Assembly (NCBI GenBank): GCA_010093605.1
Contig: MU004186.1
Span: 1,902,616-1,966,615, forward strand
Source of the DNA: Lophium mytilinum
Lineage: Eukaryota
Reading direction: 5' to 3'
DNA: 64,000 nt
Positions 1 to 13,991 of the stretch are shown piece by piece. The stretch's first letter is position 1, and every line of letters begins with the position of its first letter. A model generated the notes under the pieces. It was not told the DNA's origin, searched no databases, and saw only the letters and a program-made list of their open reading frames with translations. A program made the translations under genes and the position numbers.

Positions 1-745
1 GGGACAGAGGAGTGCGGTGGTGACTTCTGTTGCGATGGTGGTCGCGAAGACGATGACGGGGTATTGGAATACCGCGATCCAGGTTCTCTAGATTCGAGAT
101 GTCAGAAAGAATGATGTGGCTGGGTTTAGGAGGAATTTTACCTTAAGCCAGAGAGCGCTGCTCTTACTTCGTTGTGACTTGTTTCGGAGGCTGCTTGGGT
201 TGCCTCGACACCCGATCTCTACGCATAAATCGCCAATTGTTGTAGTTGGAGCTGAGAGCGGATCCGGTATGATATAGTTGACGCAAAGCAGGAAGATTGA
301 GGCAAGGGCGATGGTTTCGCACAGTTTTGCAAATGGCTCTATGTAGGGAGCGGCAGTGTAGGACGCGATACAAGCAAGACCGAAGATGGAGAAAATGGCA
401 GGAATCCAGATGATCCGTATAATCCTGAGGTTCATACATTTAGATCTAGATCTGCATACATAAACAGCTTGAATACTCACAGCTTCTGTTCGGCAGGGTT
501 GGTGTAGTAACGTATATGGAGCCCGGTGAGAAACAACGTGATAAGAATAGTCGCTCCGGTGGTGGCGGCAGCCACGATGAGGATGATGCGTTGGAAGGTG
601 AAACCATCGGAAAACGGTACTTTGCTTGCTGCAGCGACGTGAGTAGGTTACACTTCAAAATTTGCATCATTCTACGAGTCTTACTCGCGAGCTTTGGTAC
701 AATACAGCCTGACTGTGACCGGAGAGATGGGATATGATAGTGCAT
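1..745 (-). CDS. TMEM184/organic solute transporter OST-alpha (DUF300) family membrane protein; multi-exon, 3' end runs off the window
   Basis: Spliced translation gives ...GFTFQRIILIVAAATTGATILITLFLTGLHIRYYTNPAEQKL/IIRIIWIPAIFSIFGLACIASYTAAPYIEPFAKLCETIALASIFLLCVNYI.../RTWIAVFQYPVIVFATTIATEVT, matching the family pattern. GT..AG introns are visible (e.g. 88-141; donor GTGAGT at 480). The start ATG at 745 is inferred. Confidence 0.8.
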
Positions 746-1569
746 GGCGTCGAACAATACACAAAAATTTGGGTAATTTTCACAAGTATTTTACAGGAGA
801 TGTGACGTCGGAAGGGATGAGGATGTAGAGATAAACAAGAACAAGATAGCGGGTTGAGCATCCATCTTATAGGCCTCGGGGTAGCAATAGAGGAACAAGG
901 TTCCTTGCGGCGGCGTGTGGATCCTCATCATTCGACAAGCTACTGCACATTGAAACAGGAGTGATGTCTTGTTCAAGAACAAGACCTGAGGCTGTGGGCG
1001 TTCGGAGCTATTGATGCTGGTGTTGCGGCTCGTGGATTGTAGCCCAAATCATGTGCTCGCAGCGAGGTGCCGGTTTGGGCTTAGGCCATTGTAGCACTAG
1101 GACCACTAGGACTCAATAACGTCCAATAGCCTGAAGGTTGAGGATCTCCGGTACGGCTGTGCTAGCCTCCGCCCCCAAATCCTGGGGCCGACTATCTCGG
1201 CGACTTATGTGTATTTCCCTGATATTCGGCGCGGCTTCGGGTTTCGCGCTGCTCAGCTTCCAGGTTCTTGGAAATGAGACTTTACACTTCCAATCATGAC
1301 CAGTGCCACTGATCGATGCCGCTGCTTCTTTTATCCTTCAATCAGCACGCTAGGGTAGCTATAGTTCAAGCTTATGCAGCCAATTTCCACCTCACGATTG
1401 GCTTGCAACACCGGCTAGTATTGTTCTCGCGCCACTTGACCTTTCTTGGAGCAGGGCTGATACTCAAAAGCGGAAGTCTTTACTGAGGTTCGGTGCAACA
1501 AAGCATCTTAATCTTCCTCACGAGATCACCTGATTATCTCTCACTGGATTGCTGTATGGCCATGCTGTC

Positions 1570-3278
1570 TTATTGTGACAGAAAGGTTTGTCTAAACCCG
1601 GTCGTCGGGTCTGAAAATGTGTACGAATCAGCCCCTTCACTCACCCTCTCATTCTGCCTAGGCTGATAGAAACCAAGGGGAGGTAACTTAGTAAACCGCT
1701 TGCAGAATTCGAACCCAAACTCGTCTGAAATCCGGCAAAGTACTCCACTGACCCAAGACAACTCGTGTGGCTCAGTCTGCCCTGAAAGCATAAACACTAA
1801 TACACTAGTATCGACGTCAGTCACTGGTCGACAACGAAGAGATTTGGGTGAAACGCTTACCATCCTCGTAGCGGCCCGAGTAGCCTGAGCAACTGTCTTC
1901 TTGGGTACTGTGGTTGTGTGAAGTTCTCTGTGCTACGGGCTATCTCTCTTGCTACAGTAAGAGTAGTCATCCCTTCGTGGGGTAGGGCGATTGCGTTGCT
2001 GGCATCAGGCCTGCGATTGAGCGGCCAAGGGCCAAAAGCAGAGGGAGTTACTGAGTTGTCTTGCAATCGCATGACCAGTCCCAGAACCCACAACATAGTG
2101 AGATGATATTGTTGAATTTCTTCTGCGCGCTTGATATCGGTATAGTAGAAGACCCTGTCCAAGCATCTGGGCCGGTTGAGGTTGCTCACAAGACTGCTTC
2201 GGGGCATAGAAATTGTTTCCGCAACGACATCCGGGTAGGTAGATTCCCAGTTGAAACGCCACTCGAGGAGGCTCTTAAACGTGTCAATCAGCTTCTGCCT
2301 AACATTTTCTCGCAGAGCTTGCTCCTCATTTGGGCCAACGGGATTACGCGCTGCGATTGGGCCGTTCCGCTCCAGGCGGTCCATGTCTTCAGCGAGACCA
2401 GGGATATTGGCAGAAACGTCCAGAAGGAAATGCTCCGTCGTCTTCGGGGTTGGCTGCATCGCCCAGGGGATCGTCTTCCACTCTTCTCTCTCTAGAAAGG
2501 TTCTTTTCCTAGTAACGAAGGCCTGTCCGATAAGTGTTCGTCGGAAGAAGAGGAAGTAATCGTGATCTGGAGCTAATTGATGTCTTCGCGGACCTCGAAC
2601 TTCCATCAGCCTTCCAATGCCACCAGCATGCTCCACCCAGCCGACATCGCTAGTATTCATGATCATCTCGTAGTAGTACAATGCTAGCGCTGAAAGCATG
2701 ACCTGTTGACTTAGTGACGCCTCTTCCGGCTTGCAGATCTCAAGAGCCAATCGATGAACTGCTTGACCATAGAGTCGACGGCCTTGGCAGAGGAGTTCCT
2801 CGTTGCTGCCATGCATCCGGCCAAAGTAAGTGGTGGCAAGGCTGCTCACAGCGGTGTAGCCGAGCTTTGCCGAGTCGGTAGAAGCCACGGCGGAGTCCCA
2901 GACATGAGAGGTGAGCGGCGAGTTTTGGTTGTTGCCGAAGAGTGTTCGAGTCAAGTAGGCGAGACATATCTCGTCCTGGAATGGTGACAGTGTGGGCTGC
3001 TTGCTGATGGCCAACTGCACGTTGGGAGTCTGGCTGTCTTTCGGCGATATCGAAGTCACGTCTCCGCTCGATTTCTCCCTCGTGCGACTGCCGGCTTTGG
3101 ACGACGCAGGAGTGGCGAAGCGGCTGCCTTCATCAACGAATGTCAGGTCTTTGGGGTAGCCCTCACATGGAAATCCACTGTTTTGGCACCGTGTGCACAC
3201 GGGTTTGCTCTCGTCGCACTTCACCCGTCGCCGGCGACACGTCTTGCAGCCCCTAGAACGACCGCCCCTCCCAACCAT
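1570..3278 (-). CDS. Zn(II)2Cys6 (GAL4-like) transcription factor with fungal-specific TF domain
   Basis: N-terminal CKTCRRRRVKCDESKPVCTRCQNSGFPC binuclear cluster and WVEHAGGIGRLMEVRGP motif. The 1857-3278 ORF ends at a GTAAGC donor (about 1860); the last exon ends at the stop at 1570. Confidence 0.9.
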
Positions 3279-4591
3279 AGCGTAGGGCTAGTCTCGGAGG
3301 TTGCAAAAGCGGGGATCAGTGAAGGAAGCCACGGCGATGCGACCAGCTTTGCGACAAGCTTTCGGATAAGCCTTCTTCACGCGAATTGATCGTCGTAAGA
3401 TGTTAAGAAGGGCTCGCAAATTGCCACAAATGCGGGTGGCGGCGCAGCTCTTGATCAGCGTGTTCCATCTGCCTTGATGTTGTGGACTTAATCCTGCATG
3501 ACGTATTCATGCCTCACCTCGCCGACCGAAGCTGTCGGGAACGGCGCATTATTGCCTAGGGCTGTTCAAATCTAAGTAGGGCTTATGTATGCCGTTGACT
3601 TACAGCCTATAGCCACGTCCGCGATTAGCTTACCATGGAAACATTGGGTAACAGGGCCTTTGGTCCCTGGGAAGGCTATTGCAGCCTATCTTATCAATTG
3701 GATACCGCGTCTTTCGGCGAAAGCCACCCGCAGGCCATCCGTCGAGCGTGGCCATGGACTGTCGAGTACTCGCCAAGGTGGTCTCGAGAATATACCATTG
3801 GAGCTCCAAGCCTCGTTTCGAATGTGGCCACCCCAGTTCGGCGTTTAAAGGAGCCCCTATCAGAGGTAAGCTTTTGGCACCTGTAAATTGCGAAGTAAGC
3901 CCTATTGCTGAACAAGATAGGCACAGCCTAGCTACCACACAAGGGTTTCCTAGTTGATAGGTGGTTGATGTGTACTAAAAGTAAGTGTAGTTGACGCCCG
4001 TCGTCGCCGCTGGAAGGCGGAGCAGTGAACACACGCCAATCGCGTAATCTCGAGAAACGCTCCGGATTCAGTTAGACGAGAATGCAATACAACGTCTGCA
4101 CCGAAATGGTAGATGGAAAAGTGACAGTCTTTGCTAAAGATTTGGCTGCACATCTCGCCAACCCTCATGAGCTGATCACCGCCGACTCAGCCTCATGCAT
4201 CGAGTGTCTGTTACGTTGCTGGTATTTTCGGATCGACATCGATTTGAAACGAAGTTTGGACGAAATCAAGGGTTGGTGGATGTTGGCCTTTCAAGGTCTT
4301 GAGTCAAGCTATTACATCCATGCCATTTATCCTACTTTAGCTGTCACTCTGCGATAATGCGCGCCAGAATGGTGCTTTTCCTTTGAGGAACCCTCCTAAG
4401 ACGTGGCATCATTGGTTCGCCTAAAGTACACTAGCATACACGGGACTTATACAAGTAATACCAAGAGTGCTTCCTTGCTTCCTCTAAAGATACCAGATGT
4501 CAGCTACAATAGCGCTGAAACGTATCGCTTGTAAGGCTACAGAGCTCCACTGTCTAGTCGCTCCATTCCCCTAGGTTTCCCCTTTAACTTG

Positions 4592-4721
4592 TGTTGAAAG
4601 GAATACTAAGTTAATTAATTAACCTAGGTAGAGGGGGAATAGAGCTATCTATATATCTAACCCTAAGCCTAATTTCTCTTATATTAGAATACTAGTTAGC
4701 CTAAGCTAACTACTTCTAATA
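4592..4721 (-). repeat. Copia 3' LTR (130 bp)
   Basis: Direct repeat of 20215-20344; the differences are almost all C>T/G>A transitions. Confidence 0.95.
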
Positions 4722-5776
4722 CTTCTATATAATAATATAAGAGAATATAAAGGCGTCTAGATATAGCTAAGATACTTCTATAGATAAGAAACCCTATTCT
4801 ATACCCCTATCTACCTAGTAATTCCCTTTAATAGTATAGTATATAGCTAGCTATATTACTTTCTCTTATAATATATTTATCTTTTAATAATATGCCTTCT
4901 TCTCTATAGAAAGATCTATATCTTTATCTTTAGCCTTTTAAATAACTACTTTTTCTATCTTATTCTAAGCCTTTTAATATATAGTTTAGAATTTATATCT
5001 AGGTTTAAATAGTATAGAGAAGATTACTTTAATAGAATTCTTTTTAACTTCTAGGTACTTATAGTAATAGAAAAACTCTATATTCTTTATAGTCTAGAAT
5101 ACCTAGTAGAATTCTATAGAAGAGTTAGAAGAAATAGAAATAGAATTATTAGTATTATTAAGTATATATCTATAAGAATAGATATAGAAGAAAACTAGAA
5201 TAAAAGGTTAATATTCTTTTCTCTTCTAAATTCTCTTAATCTTAGTATAGAGAATATATATAGGCCTTACTATTTCCTTAGAAACTAGAGATATATATCT
5301 ATTTAAGCTAGAAGTAAAGATTTAAGAAGAATTAACTAAGTAGAAGAAAATAGTCTAGGTTTTAACGCTAATATATCTAGTATAGGGAGGGGAATCTAGA
5401 TAATAAGAACTAGAAGAAGGTAGAGAAGATAGAGAAGAACTAGAAGTAGAGAAAGGTATAGAAGTAGAAAAAGTAGTAGAAGAAGAGTAAGAAGAAGCCC
5501 TAAAAGAAAATAAAAAAGAAAAGAAAAAAGATAAAACTTTAGAAATAATAATAGAAGATAAATTAGATTAAACTAGAACTAGAGTAGAAACCTTATCTTT
5601 AAAACTAGATTTCTTAGAAAGTTTTTATACTTCTCTTCTTCTAAAAGTATTAGATCTAGTTTTAATCTTAGAAGAATTTAAAGAAAAAGTAGCTCTTTAA
5701 GAAGATAGAGCTTTAGATAATCTAGAAGTATTATAAGGTTTATATTATACCTATCTTCTATTACTATAGGCCTAGA

Positions 5777-5996
5777 TATTATAGCTATAATATAATTTCT
5801 ATTATAATACGTTTCTAATATATATAATAGCGTTATATGCCCTCTAGTATATAATTACTATTACATAACTAGGCTTAGCGCCAGCCTTGCCTACCTCTTA
5901 GCTAGCGCTCCGCGCCCTTCTTTCTCTCTTATAGCTACTTTATTTATATATACTAATATTAGGTCTTCTCTTATAATCCGCTATTACACTATAATA
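5777..5996 (+). repeat. Gypsy 5' LTR (220 bp)
   Basis: Colinear, indel-free direct repeat of 13772-13991; termini TATTA...TAATA are consistent with RIPped TG...CA. Confidence 0.95.
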
Positions 5997-6160
5997 TAAA
6001 GTAGCTATCCTTCTAGCTTCTAGAAGTTTCTAGAAGTACTTTCTTTTCTATCTACCTATATACCTACCTAGCTAATTTAATAGGCTAAAATTTTAATATA
6101 TAAATCTAATACTCTCTATATTAATATAGAGAGACTTAAAAGAAGGCTCTATAGCTTTAT

Positions 6161-6385
6161 AGTAAGAACTCTATATACCCTGCCTACTATAGTTAGCGCG
6201 CAGGCTCTATAAATCTACTTACTATTATATATAACTAACTAATCTAATATAAAGCGTAGTTACTTTCTACTAATAGAGTAAGAACTATATATACCCCGTT
6301 AGTAATAGGCTAGCGCATAGGCTCTATATACCTACTTACTACTATTACGCGCAACTAACTAGTCTATACGTAGTTATTCTATTTT
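6161..6385 (+). repeat. Diverged tandem duplication (period about 116 bp) in the Gypsy 5' leader
   Basis: AGTAAGAACT...ATATACCC...TAGCGC..AGGCTCTATA...CTACTTACTA...AACTAACTA...CGTAGTTA recurs at 6161 and 6277. Confidence 0.7.
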
Positions 6386-6579
6386 TATTTACTAATTAAA
6401 GGCAGCTACTAAGTATAGTACTAGCCGCCTAGAAAAGTATATCTACTTTTAAGCTTTTATAGAGGACCTACACCCTCTACTCTATACTAACCTTTTTCTT
6501 CTTATTAGATAGTTAATAAATACTTACTAGTAAAGATATAAATAACACCTCTAAAACTAGCTATACTAAGCTATAGTAG

Positions 6580-9500
6580 AAAAACTTTAACTCTATATAG
6601 TATAGCTATACTAAGCGCGCAGCCTATAGGTTTACCTTCTAGCGGTAAAGCTAATAAGTGTCTAGTTATTCTTACTTATACTTCTGCCCTCCCTTTTAAC
6701 TTATAAGCTACTTAATCTACTCTTATATCTAACTCTTAAGAGGCGTATAAGCTTAATTACTAAGAAAAGAAAGCCGCCTATAAAATAGGCGGCGGAGGAG
6801 TATTATAATACTAACTAACTATAACCCTAGAAGCTCTTACTACGCGCGCTAAGAAATTTAGTAATCTAGAACTAGATATTTACCTTCTACTAAACTAATT
6901 TAGTACTAACCTACTATAAAGCTAAGCCTATTATAACCTTACTAACTCTACTAAGTAGAATACTAATAATAAGGCCTACGCAGATTAAGGCGAAGATAAA
7001 GAGAACTTTAAGTTATTCGCTAAAATATCTATACCTTAAGCCGTCTAATTTACTAAACCCCTAGTTAACCTAACTACTCTATTCTTCTTCTAAATTCTAA
7101 TTATTTTAAAGGACTAGGTTATTACCTCTACTACTAATACTATTATAATTTTAAATATCTACCCTACCTAAGAATAGCCTAATATAGCTAACGCAGGCGT
7201 AAGTTCCGCTAGAACTAGCGGCCAACTATCTAATTATTAATAGTTACTCCTTATAGATAATAATAATGGTATAGTCTTTACTATTAACTAAGCTAGAAAT
7301 AGCTAATCTATTAATATTACTATTAATAACGCAGAAGAGCTTTATAATATAGCTTAAGATAAATATATTAGTATTTATACTACACTACTTAACTACTACT
7401 AAGAACTAGGCAAGTTATATAAAGATATTAGAAATATAATAGTAGCTATTTAATAGAAAGATAATAAGATTATATAACTTTAAGAATAGAATACAGGTAT
7501 AATAAATAAGGTTAAACTTAAAAACCTTTACAACTAATACGTAAAGCTCTATTACCAGGTAGCTAAAATATATACTAACGCTACTAACTTTACTAATAAA
7601 CGCGATCGCCTTACTAAGTAGCTCGCTAATAAGAATAAGAAGAATAACGCTTAGGCTATTCTTATTACTAAGCTTAGTATTAAGATTAAAGGCCTTACTA
7701 CTAAGATAGCTAAGGTTACCTTTTACTGTAATTAATACTAATAGTAGTGTAATACCTTCCGCGCCTAAGATATAGAATATAAGAAGAAGTATAATTAAGC
7801 TATATAGCAGCAACCCTAAATACACTTCTAATAAGATAACGCTACTATCTAGGGCGACTACAGCTACCTCTCTAATAAAGGCGATAATAATAACCTACCT
7901 AACTATAACTACTTTACCTAGCCTAACTTCTTATATAATCTAAACGCCTAAATTACTATAAACTTATATTAGCTATATACTAAGTTTTATAACCTATAGA
8001 AGTTTAAAGAATATAATAACTAGTTTAAATATAAGTTATAAAAAGCTTACGCCTACGCTATCTTCTATAATAAGCCTTAAGACTTCCGCAATAAATAAGC
8101 TAAGCTTAAGTATATTAGATTATACTGCATAGAATTCGCTAATAGCGTAGTATATAATTACACCTAATAGGACCGCCCTATAAATAATAACTTTAAAATA
8201 GTTAAAGAGATATTTAAGATAATAGACTCTTACTTTATAATTAAAGATAAGGCTATAGCTATAAATAATAAGCTTTATAGCTAGCAGGCGTATATAAAGT
8301 ATAATAAGAAATAGTCTATTTTTCTTCTTTAATTCTAGGAAATAATTTCTATAGATAATAATAGAGAGATAGACTTTATTAACTAAAAGGGATAGCTTAA
8401 GCGCCTTATTACCCCTAAACTCTAGACTTAGATCTTTAGCGCTGCTAATAACTACGCGTTCTAGCTAGAACTAGTTGCCGCTATTAACTGCGCAGTATTA
8501 TATCTTGCTAGTAAGCGTAAACGCGCCTGTAAATAGTATTATACTAATAGCCTATTATAGAATAATAGTAATAAATTAGAATATACTAATAAGCTATTTA
8601 CTAAGAAGTCTAATTATAGCTTCTAGAACTTTAACTGTAACTCTAAGATATACTTATTACGCTTTATTATAGATAATAGCTTATGCTACTAAGACTATAA
8701 TAGTAATACCCGCCGTATTTATCTCCCTCCTGCGGTAACTAAAGTACTTAGTAAATAGAATAAGAACGTCTACTATAACTACCTTAAGATAGAATACTAT
8801 ATATTAGATCGCGACTATTTCTATATAAAAAACGCCCCTCCCTCTAAAGAGATAGTCTAATAATACCTTATCTATTTCTAAAAAGGGCTTAATCTAAAGC
8901 TCTCTATAATTTACTATATAGATAATTCCGCATTTAATATTAAGCTTAGTAATACCCTTACTACTATTAACTATAATAGCAGCAATAATAACACCGCGCA
9001 AGGAAACTCCTTAGATAGTAAGGATTTTCCTTAGACTCTAACTATAGTTACAGTTAGAGTCTAGTAGATATTTATCTTAGTATATTAGTTGCCCGCATTT
9101 ATAAACTAGAGTAACTACCCTCTAAGCTAGATAAACTTAAGCTCTCTATCTATGCTATTAATTCCTCTAAAGAAGTTATATAAGGAAAATAGCTTAACTT
9201 TAAATATAGAATCTATACTTCTACTACCGGCGTTATTAATAGCAGGTGCTTAATAGATATAGGCTACTTATACCTAGCTTTTATATTATAGATATTTATA
9301 AAAGCCTATAAGCTTATAATAGTTCTAATTATAAAGCTAATACTACTATACCTTACTAACGGCCGGTTAACACTTATAGTTACGTATAAAGCTTAAATTA
9401 TGCTATTACTTAAATTCTATATTAAATACCTATAGTGCTACGTTACTAATCTTTAGAGCTATAATATTATTCTTAGTATACTCTAGTTTAAGTGCTATAA

Positions 9501-12500
9501 GCCGCGTTCTATATAGGGAGAATATATACTAGATTTTAATTCTAACTACTATATAAGCTACTATCTATATATAGACGGCTGCCAACGCGTCTAGAGTAAT
9601 AGCCGCGACTAAGATATTACCTATAAAGGAAAGAAGCTATATAATAGCGCCTTATATAAAATTATTAATTATTACTATAAGCTTAGCCTTAATCTAGATA
9701 AAGCTAATAACTTTCTTACTAAATATTATAAGCTTACCTATAAAGGTAAGAAAGACGCTATTATTAGACTATAAGATAAAGACTTTAATAAACTTTACTA
9801 TCTTAATAAGAATAAGGCTATTTATACTATAGCTAATAATTCTACCCTCTATAGGCTTACTAAGCTTAATAATACCTTAGCTAAGAAATAAGCCGCGTTT
9901 ATAACTAATCTATTTATAATTAATCTAGCCAACTATAGAAAGTTCTTTAATAAGATAAATAGGCCTTCTATTACTAATATAGAAATTAAGTAGCTTCTTC
10001 TATATTAGCTTTACTATCTCTATAACACCTAGAACCCCTAAGTAGCTAATATATTACCCCCTTACTATAATATAGATTATACTATTAACCTTATACCTAA
10101 TAGTAAGCCGCCCGCATAAAAGGTCTATAGCCTCTCTAGAGACTAAGCTACTATAGTAAAAGCGTTTATTAATAAGATACGCTCTAAAGGCTTTATCTAA
10201 CTAAGCTTATTCTTCTTTACTACCCTAATACTTATTATTAAGAAACCTGGAGGCGGTCTTTATATCTATATAGACTATAGAGGACTAAATAATATTATAA
10301 TTAAAAGCTATAATATACTACCTTTTATTAAGAATACGCTTATACTATTAGCTAAAGCTAAATACTATACTAAGCTAGATATTATTAGCGCATTTAACGC
10401 CCTATATATTAAGAAAGAAGATAAGTATAAAATAGCTTTTCTAATATAATAGGGTCTATTTAAGTTTATAGTCCTTCTATTTAGCTTATATAACGCCCTA
10501 AGCTTATTTTAAGTATATATTAATAATACGCTATATAAAGATCTAGACCGCTACTATATAGCCTATATAAATAACGTGCTTATCTTTAGTAATAGCCTAG
10601 AGGAATATAAGAAGTATATTATCTCTATAGTTACTAGATTAAAAGACGCGGGACTCTTTCTTAATATTTATAAGTTAGAATTTACTATTTAAGAAGTTAA
10701 GTACTTAAAAGTTATTATAAAAGTTAATAGCGTCCGTATAGACCCTTATAAAGTTTAAATAGTACTTAATTAGCCTACTCTAAGAAATCTTAAAGATATT
10801 TAAGCCTTTTTAGGTTTCTATAACTTCTACTATTACTTTATTACTAGATACTCTAAGTTTATAGTACCTCTCTCTACGCTTACATTATCCGCTAGAAAAT
10901 TATTTAAATTCCCCTAGAAAGATAATAGTAATAAGGCACGCGCGTTTACCCGCATTAAGAAATGTTTTTAGAACGCCCCCTAGCTAGCGCTATAGAACCT
11001 AGACTATAAGATATAGGTTAAATATAATTTCTTAGATTATATAGTAGCGGCCGTGCTATTATAGGTTTAACTAGATAGTACTCTATAGCCTATCGCCTTT
11101 ATATTATAATGGATAACTCTATAGTAAATTAACTATACTATCTATAATAAAGAACTTCTTACTATTATTCTAGTATTTAAAGACTAGCGCCTAGAGCTTA
11201 CCGGCTAGGGGTAGAAATATAGTAGTTCTATTAATATTATCTCTAATTATAAGAATCTTTAGATATTTATAATAACTAAATAACTTAACTATTATTAAGC
11301 TTAATAGGCTAAGTTCTTAGTAGAATTTAACTTTAAAATTATATATAAGCCCGGTAAGCTTAATAATAAGCTAGATCTTCTTATTTAATAACCCGGCGAT
11401 AAGCCCTCTAAAGGTAACGCTTGCTATAAATATTAGAAGTAAGTTATACTTAAGCCTACTAACTATAAGCCTAATATATACTACGCTATTAACCTAGCTT
11501 ATATTCTTATAGATAACGCCCCTAAGTATACTATTATAGACCTAGCCTCTATAATATATAACCTTAGTAAGTTTAACTAGCTAGAGAATAATAAAGTCTA
11601 ACTAGTAGTTACACGCACGCGCTAAATAAGATTACGCCTAGAGCCGCGCGTAGATAAGATAAAGAATTCTACGCCGGAGTCCTCTATAGGAGATAAGATA
11701 AATAATTCTTCTAAGTAAAAATATAGTTCTAATGCTAAGCTATATAATGCGTTAAAACCCGTTCTTACTAGCAACTAGATCTCGCGCTGTATTAAGAAAG
11801 CCTTTTAGGCTAACCCTATTATATAAGCAGTTAAATACGCTAAGCAGTATAATAAGTAATAACTACTAGCTTAATTCTATTATAACTATTATCTATAGAT
11901 TAAACTTAGTAACTATAATATAATTAATAACTTTCTCTATATTTATAGAAAACTATATATACTAGCTATACTAAAATTATATACTATAATTATCTATTCT
12001 ATATATAAACCTAAGCTAGTAGGTTATATAGAAATAACCTCTATATACGCTAGGCTAAGTAACTACTACTACTAGCCTCTTATAACCTCTAACGTTAATT
12101 AGTATATAGGCGCTTATATAACCTATCGCCGCTTAAAGTACTCTAGAGAAGGTAAATAAGGCCTTCTTTACCTACTACTAATTCCGCATTACTACTAGCA
12201 TAATATCTTAGTAGACTTTATTAGACCGCTGCCTATCTATAAATAATAGGGCAGGAAATACAAGCATATTATAGTTATAGTTAATTAACTATCTAAAAAG
12301 AGAAAGTTTATTCCGCTTAATTCTATAGAAGTTAAGCTAGTTATCTAAGTATTTATTAAATAGATTTAGTGTAAGAAAGGCTATCTATATACTATTATAT
12401 TTAATTAAGGCGCCTAGTTTATATTATACTTCTAGAAACGCCTCTACACCTATATTAGTACCTTACCTAAGTTATTCTTATTATTTTACCCTAAAATAGA

Positions 12501-13400
12501 TAGCTAGACTAAGATTACTAATATAGTACTTAAGTAATACCTGCGCGCCTATATTAATTATAAATAAGATAACTAGATAGACCTTCTACCTATTACTAAA
12601 TTTAAGGCTAACTACGCTAAAATAATAATAGGCGTATTACTATTTATAGTAACTAAAGGCTATAATCTACGCTTAGAATTAGAACTAGTAGATAACTCTA
12701 TTAAACTAAAGAGCCCCTAGAAATTACTTTAAGAGAAAGCTAACGCCCTAGCTAAATAAATTAATTAACTTTAACTCTTCTTATGTAATAAGCTTATCTA
12801 GGTCTAAGCATATTAAGCTTACTACGCGAACCTTAAGCGCAAGCCCGCACCTAAGTTTAAAGTAGGTAATAAAGTAATACTAGACGCCTATAATATTAAA
12901 ATACAGCGTCTAAATAAATTACTTAACTATAAATAGCTAGGACTATATAAAATTACACGCGTTATTAATAATAGCGCCTATAAGCTTACACTACTATAAA
13001 CTATAAAGGGGCTATTTAATATTTTTTATCTATAGCTACTCTATAGAGTTACCTATAAGCCGCTTAAAGGCTAGATATATAATAAATCTAGCCCTATTAA
13101 GGTTAATAAAGAAGGCTTTAAATAGTAGGACGTTAATAATATTATTAACTTATAAATTAATAAGGCTATAATTAATTCTACTATAGGTAAGAAGGGCCTT
13201 CTATAATATAAAATCTAATATACCGGTTACCCTAACTAGAATACTAAACCTAAGTAGGAATTATATAAAAGCACGTTTAACTACCGCGATATTATAATAG
13301 ATTACTATTATTAATACCCTTACGCTGCTGGCCCTTATAAGTCCTTTAAGAAACCTAAGTACTAGAAACCCCTACTAGCTATAATTATATTAAGACTATA
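6580..13400 (+). pseudogene. RIP-degraded Gypsy gag-pol (zinc knuckle, protease, RT, RNase H, integrase, chromodomain); boundaries approximate
   Basis: De-RIPped motifs: CCHC-like knuckle about 8770-8820; LMDTGCS about 9250; YTKLDIVSAF, PFGLCNAP and YMDDVLIFS at 10360-10590; CDSSDY and NYAIYDKELLAI at 11020-11170; WHDISVDFIGPLP about 12195; chromodomain-like WDVDDIVDS...LQYKIRYTGY...W at 13121-13320. Confidence 0.9.
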
Positions 13401-13758
13401 GAAGTAGACGCTTAAACTAGATATTACTAAAGCTAACTAGCGCTAGCTAGCTAAGTAATTACTAACCCCGTTAAAAGATGCTAACCTAGTAGACTACTAG
13501 GTAATAGGTAATATAAAGGTTTATAAGTTTAACTTCTATACTAATTTATATTACGCCTACACGGCACCTATAGTTTATAATACTATATAAACTATAGCTT
13601 ATAATACTAAATAAAAAGACTAAAGGGTTATAGAGGATTATAGCTAGACTATATAATTAATAGAAGGACTAATTAGAAAGAAGTACTTGCGCATAGTAAG
13701 TATAAAATAGAAAGACTAAAGTATAATACTAGAAGGAGCTCTTTATATAGTTCCTTTT

Positions 13759-13768
13759 AGAGGGGGGG
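13759..13768 (+). promoter_or_regulatory. Gypsy polypurine tract
   Basis: AGAGGGGGGG three bases before the 3' LTR start. Confidence 0.85.
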
Positions 13769-13771
13769 TAG

Positions 13772-13991
13772 TATTATAGCTATAATATAACCTCTATTAT
13801 AATATATTTCTAATATATATAATAGCGTTATATGCCCTCTAGTATATAATTACTGTTATATAACTAGGCTTAGCGCCAGCCTCGCCTACCTCTTAGCCGG
13901 CGCTCCGCGCCCTTCTCTCTCTCTTATAGCTACTTTATCTATATATACTAATATTAGGTCTTCTCTTATAATCCGCTATTATACTATAATA
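13772..13991 (+). repeat. Gypsy 3' LTR (220 bp)
   Basis: Direct repeat of 5777-5996, followed by the CTAGA duplication. Confidence 0.95.

Larger units (their letters stand above)
5777..13991 (+). mobile_element. Ty3/Gypsy chromovirus LTR retrotransposon (8215 bp), RIP-inactivated, nested in opposite orientation inside the Copia element
   Basis: 220-bp LTRs at 5777-5996 and 13772-13991; duplication CTAGA at 5772-5776 and 13992-13996; polypurine tract before the 3' LTR; PR-RT-RH-INT-chromodomain order. Confidence 0.95.

Noticed and set aside
3585..4357. Several 70-100 aa ORFs between the transcription factor and the Copia element
   Set aside because: No recognisable domain or consistent exon structure; a decayed gene cannot be excluded.
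7415..7825. 136-aa hydrophobic minus-strand ORF resembling a membrane protein
   Set aside because: It is antisense to RIPped Gypsy gag; the Leu/Ile/Tyr richness is an artefact of AT-rich RIP sequence.
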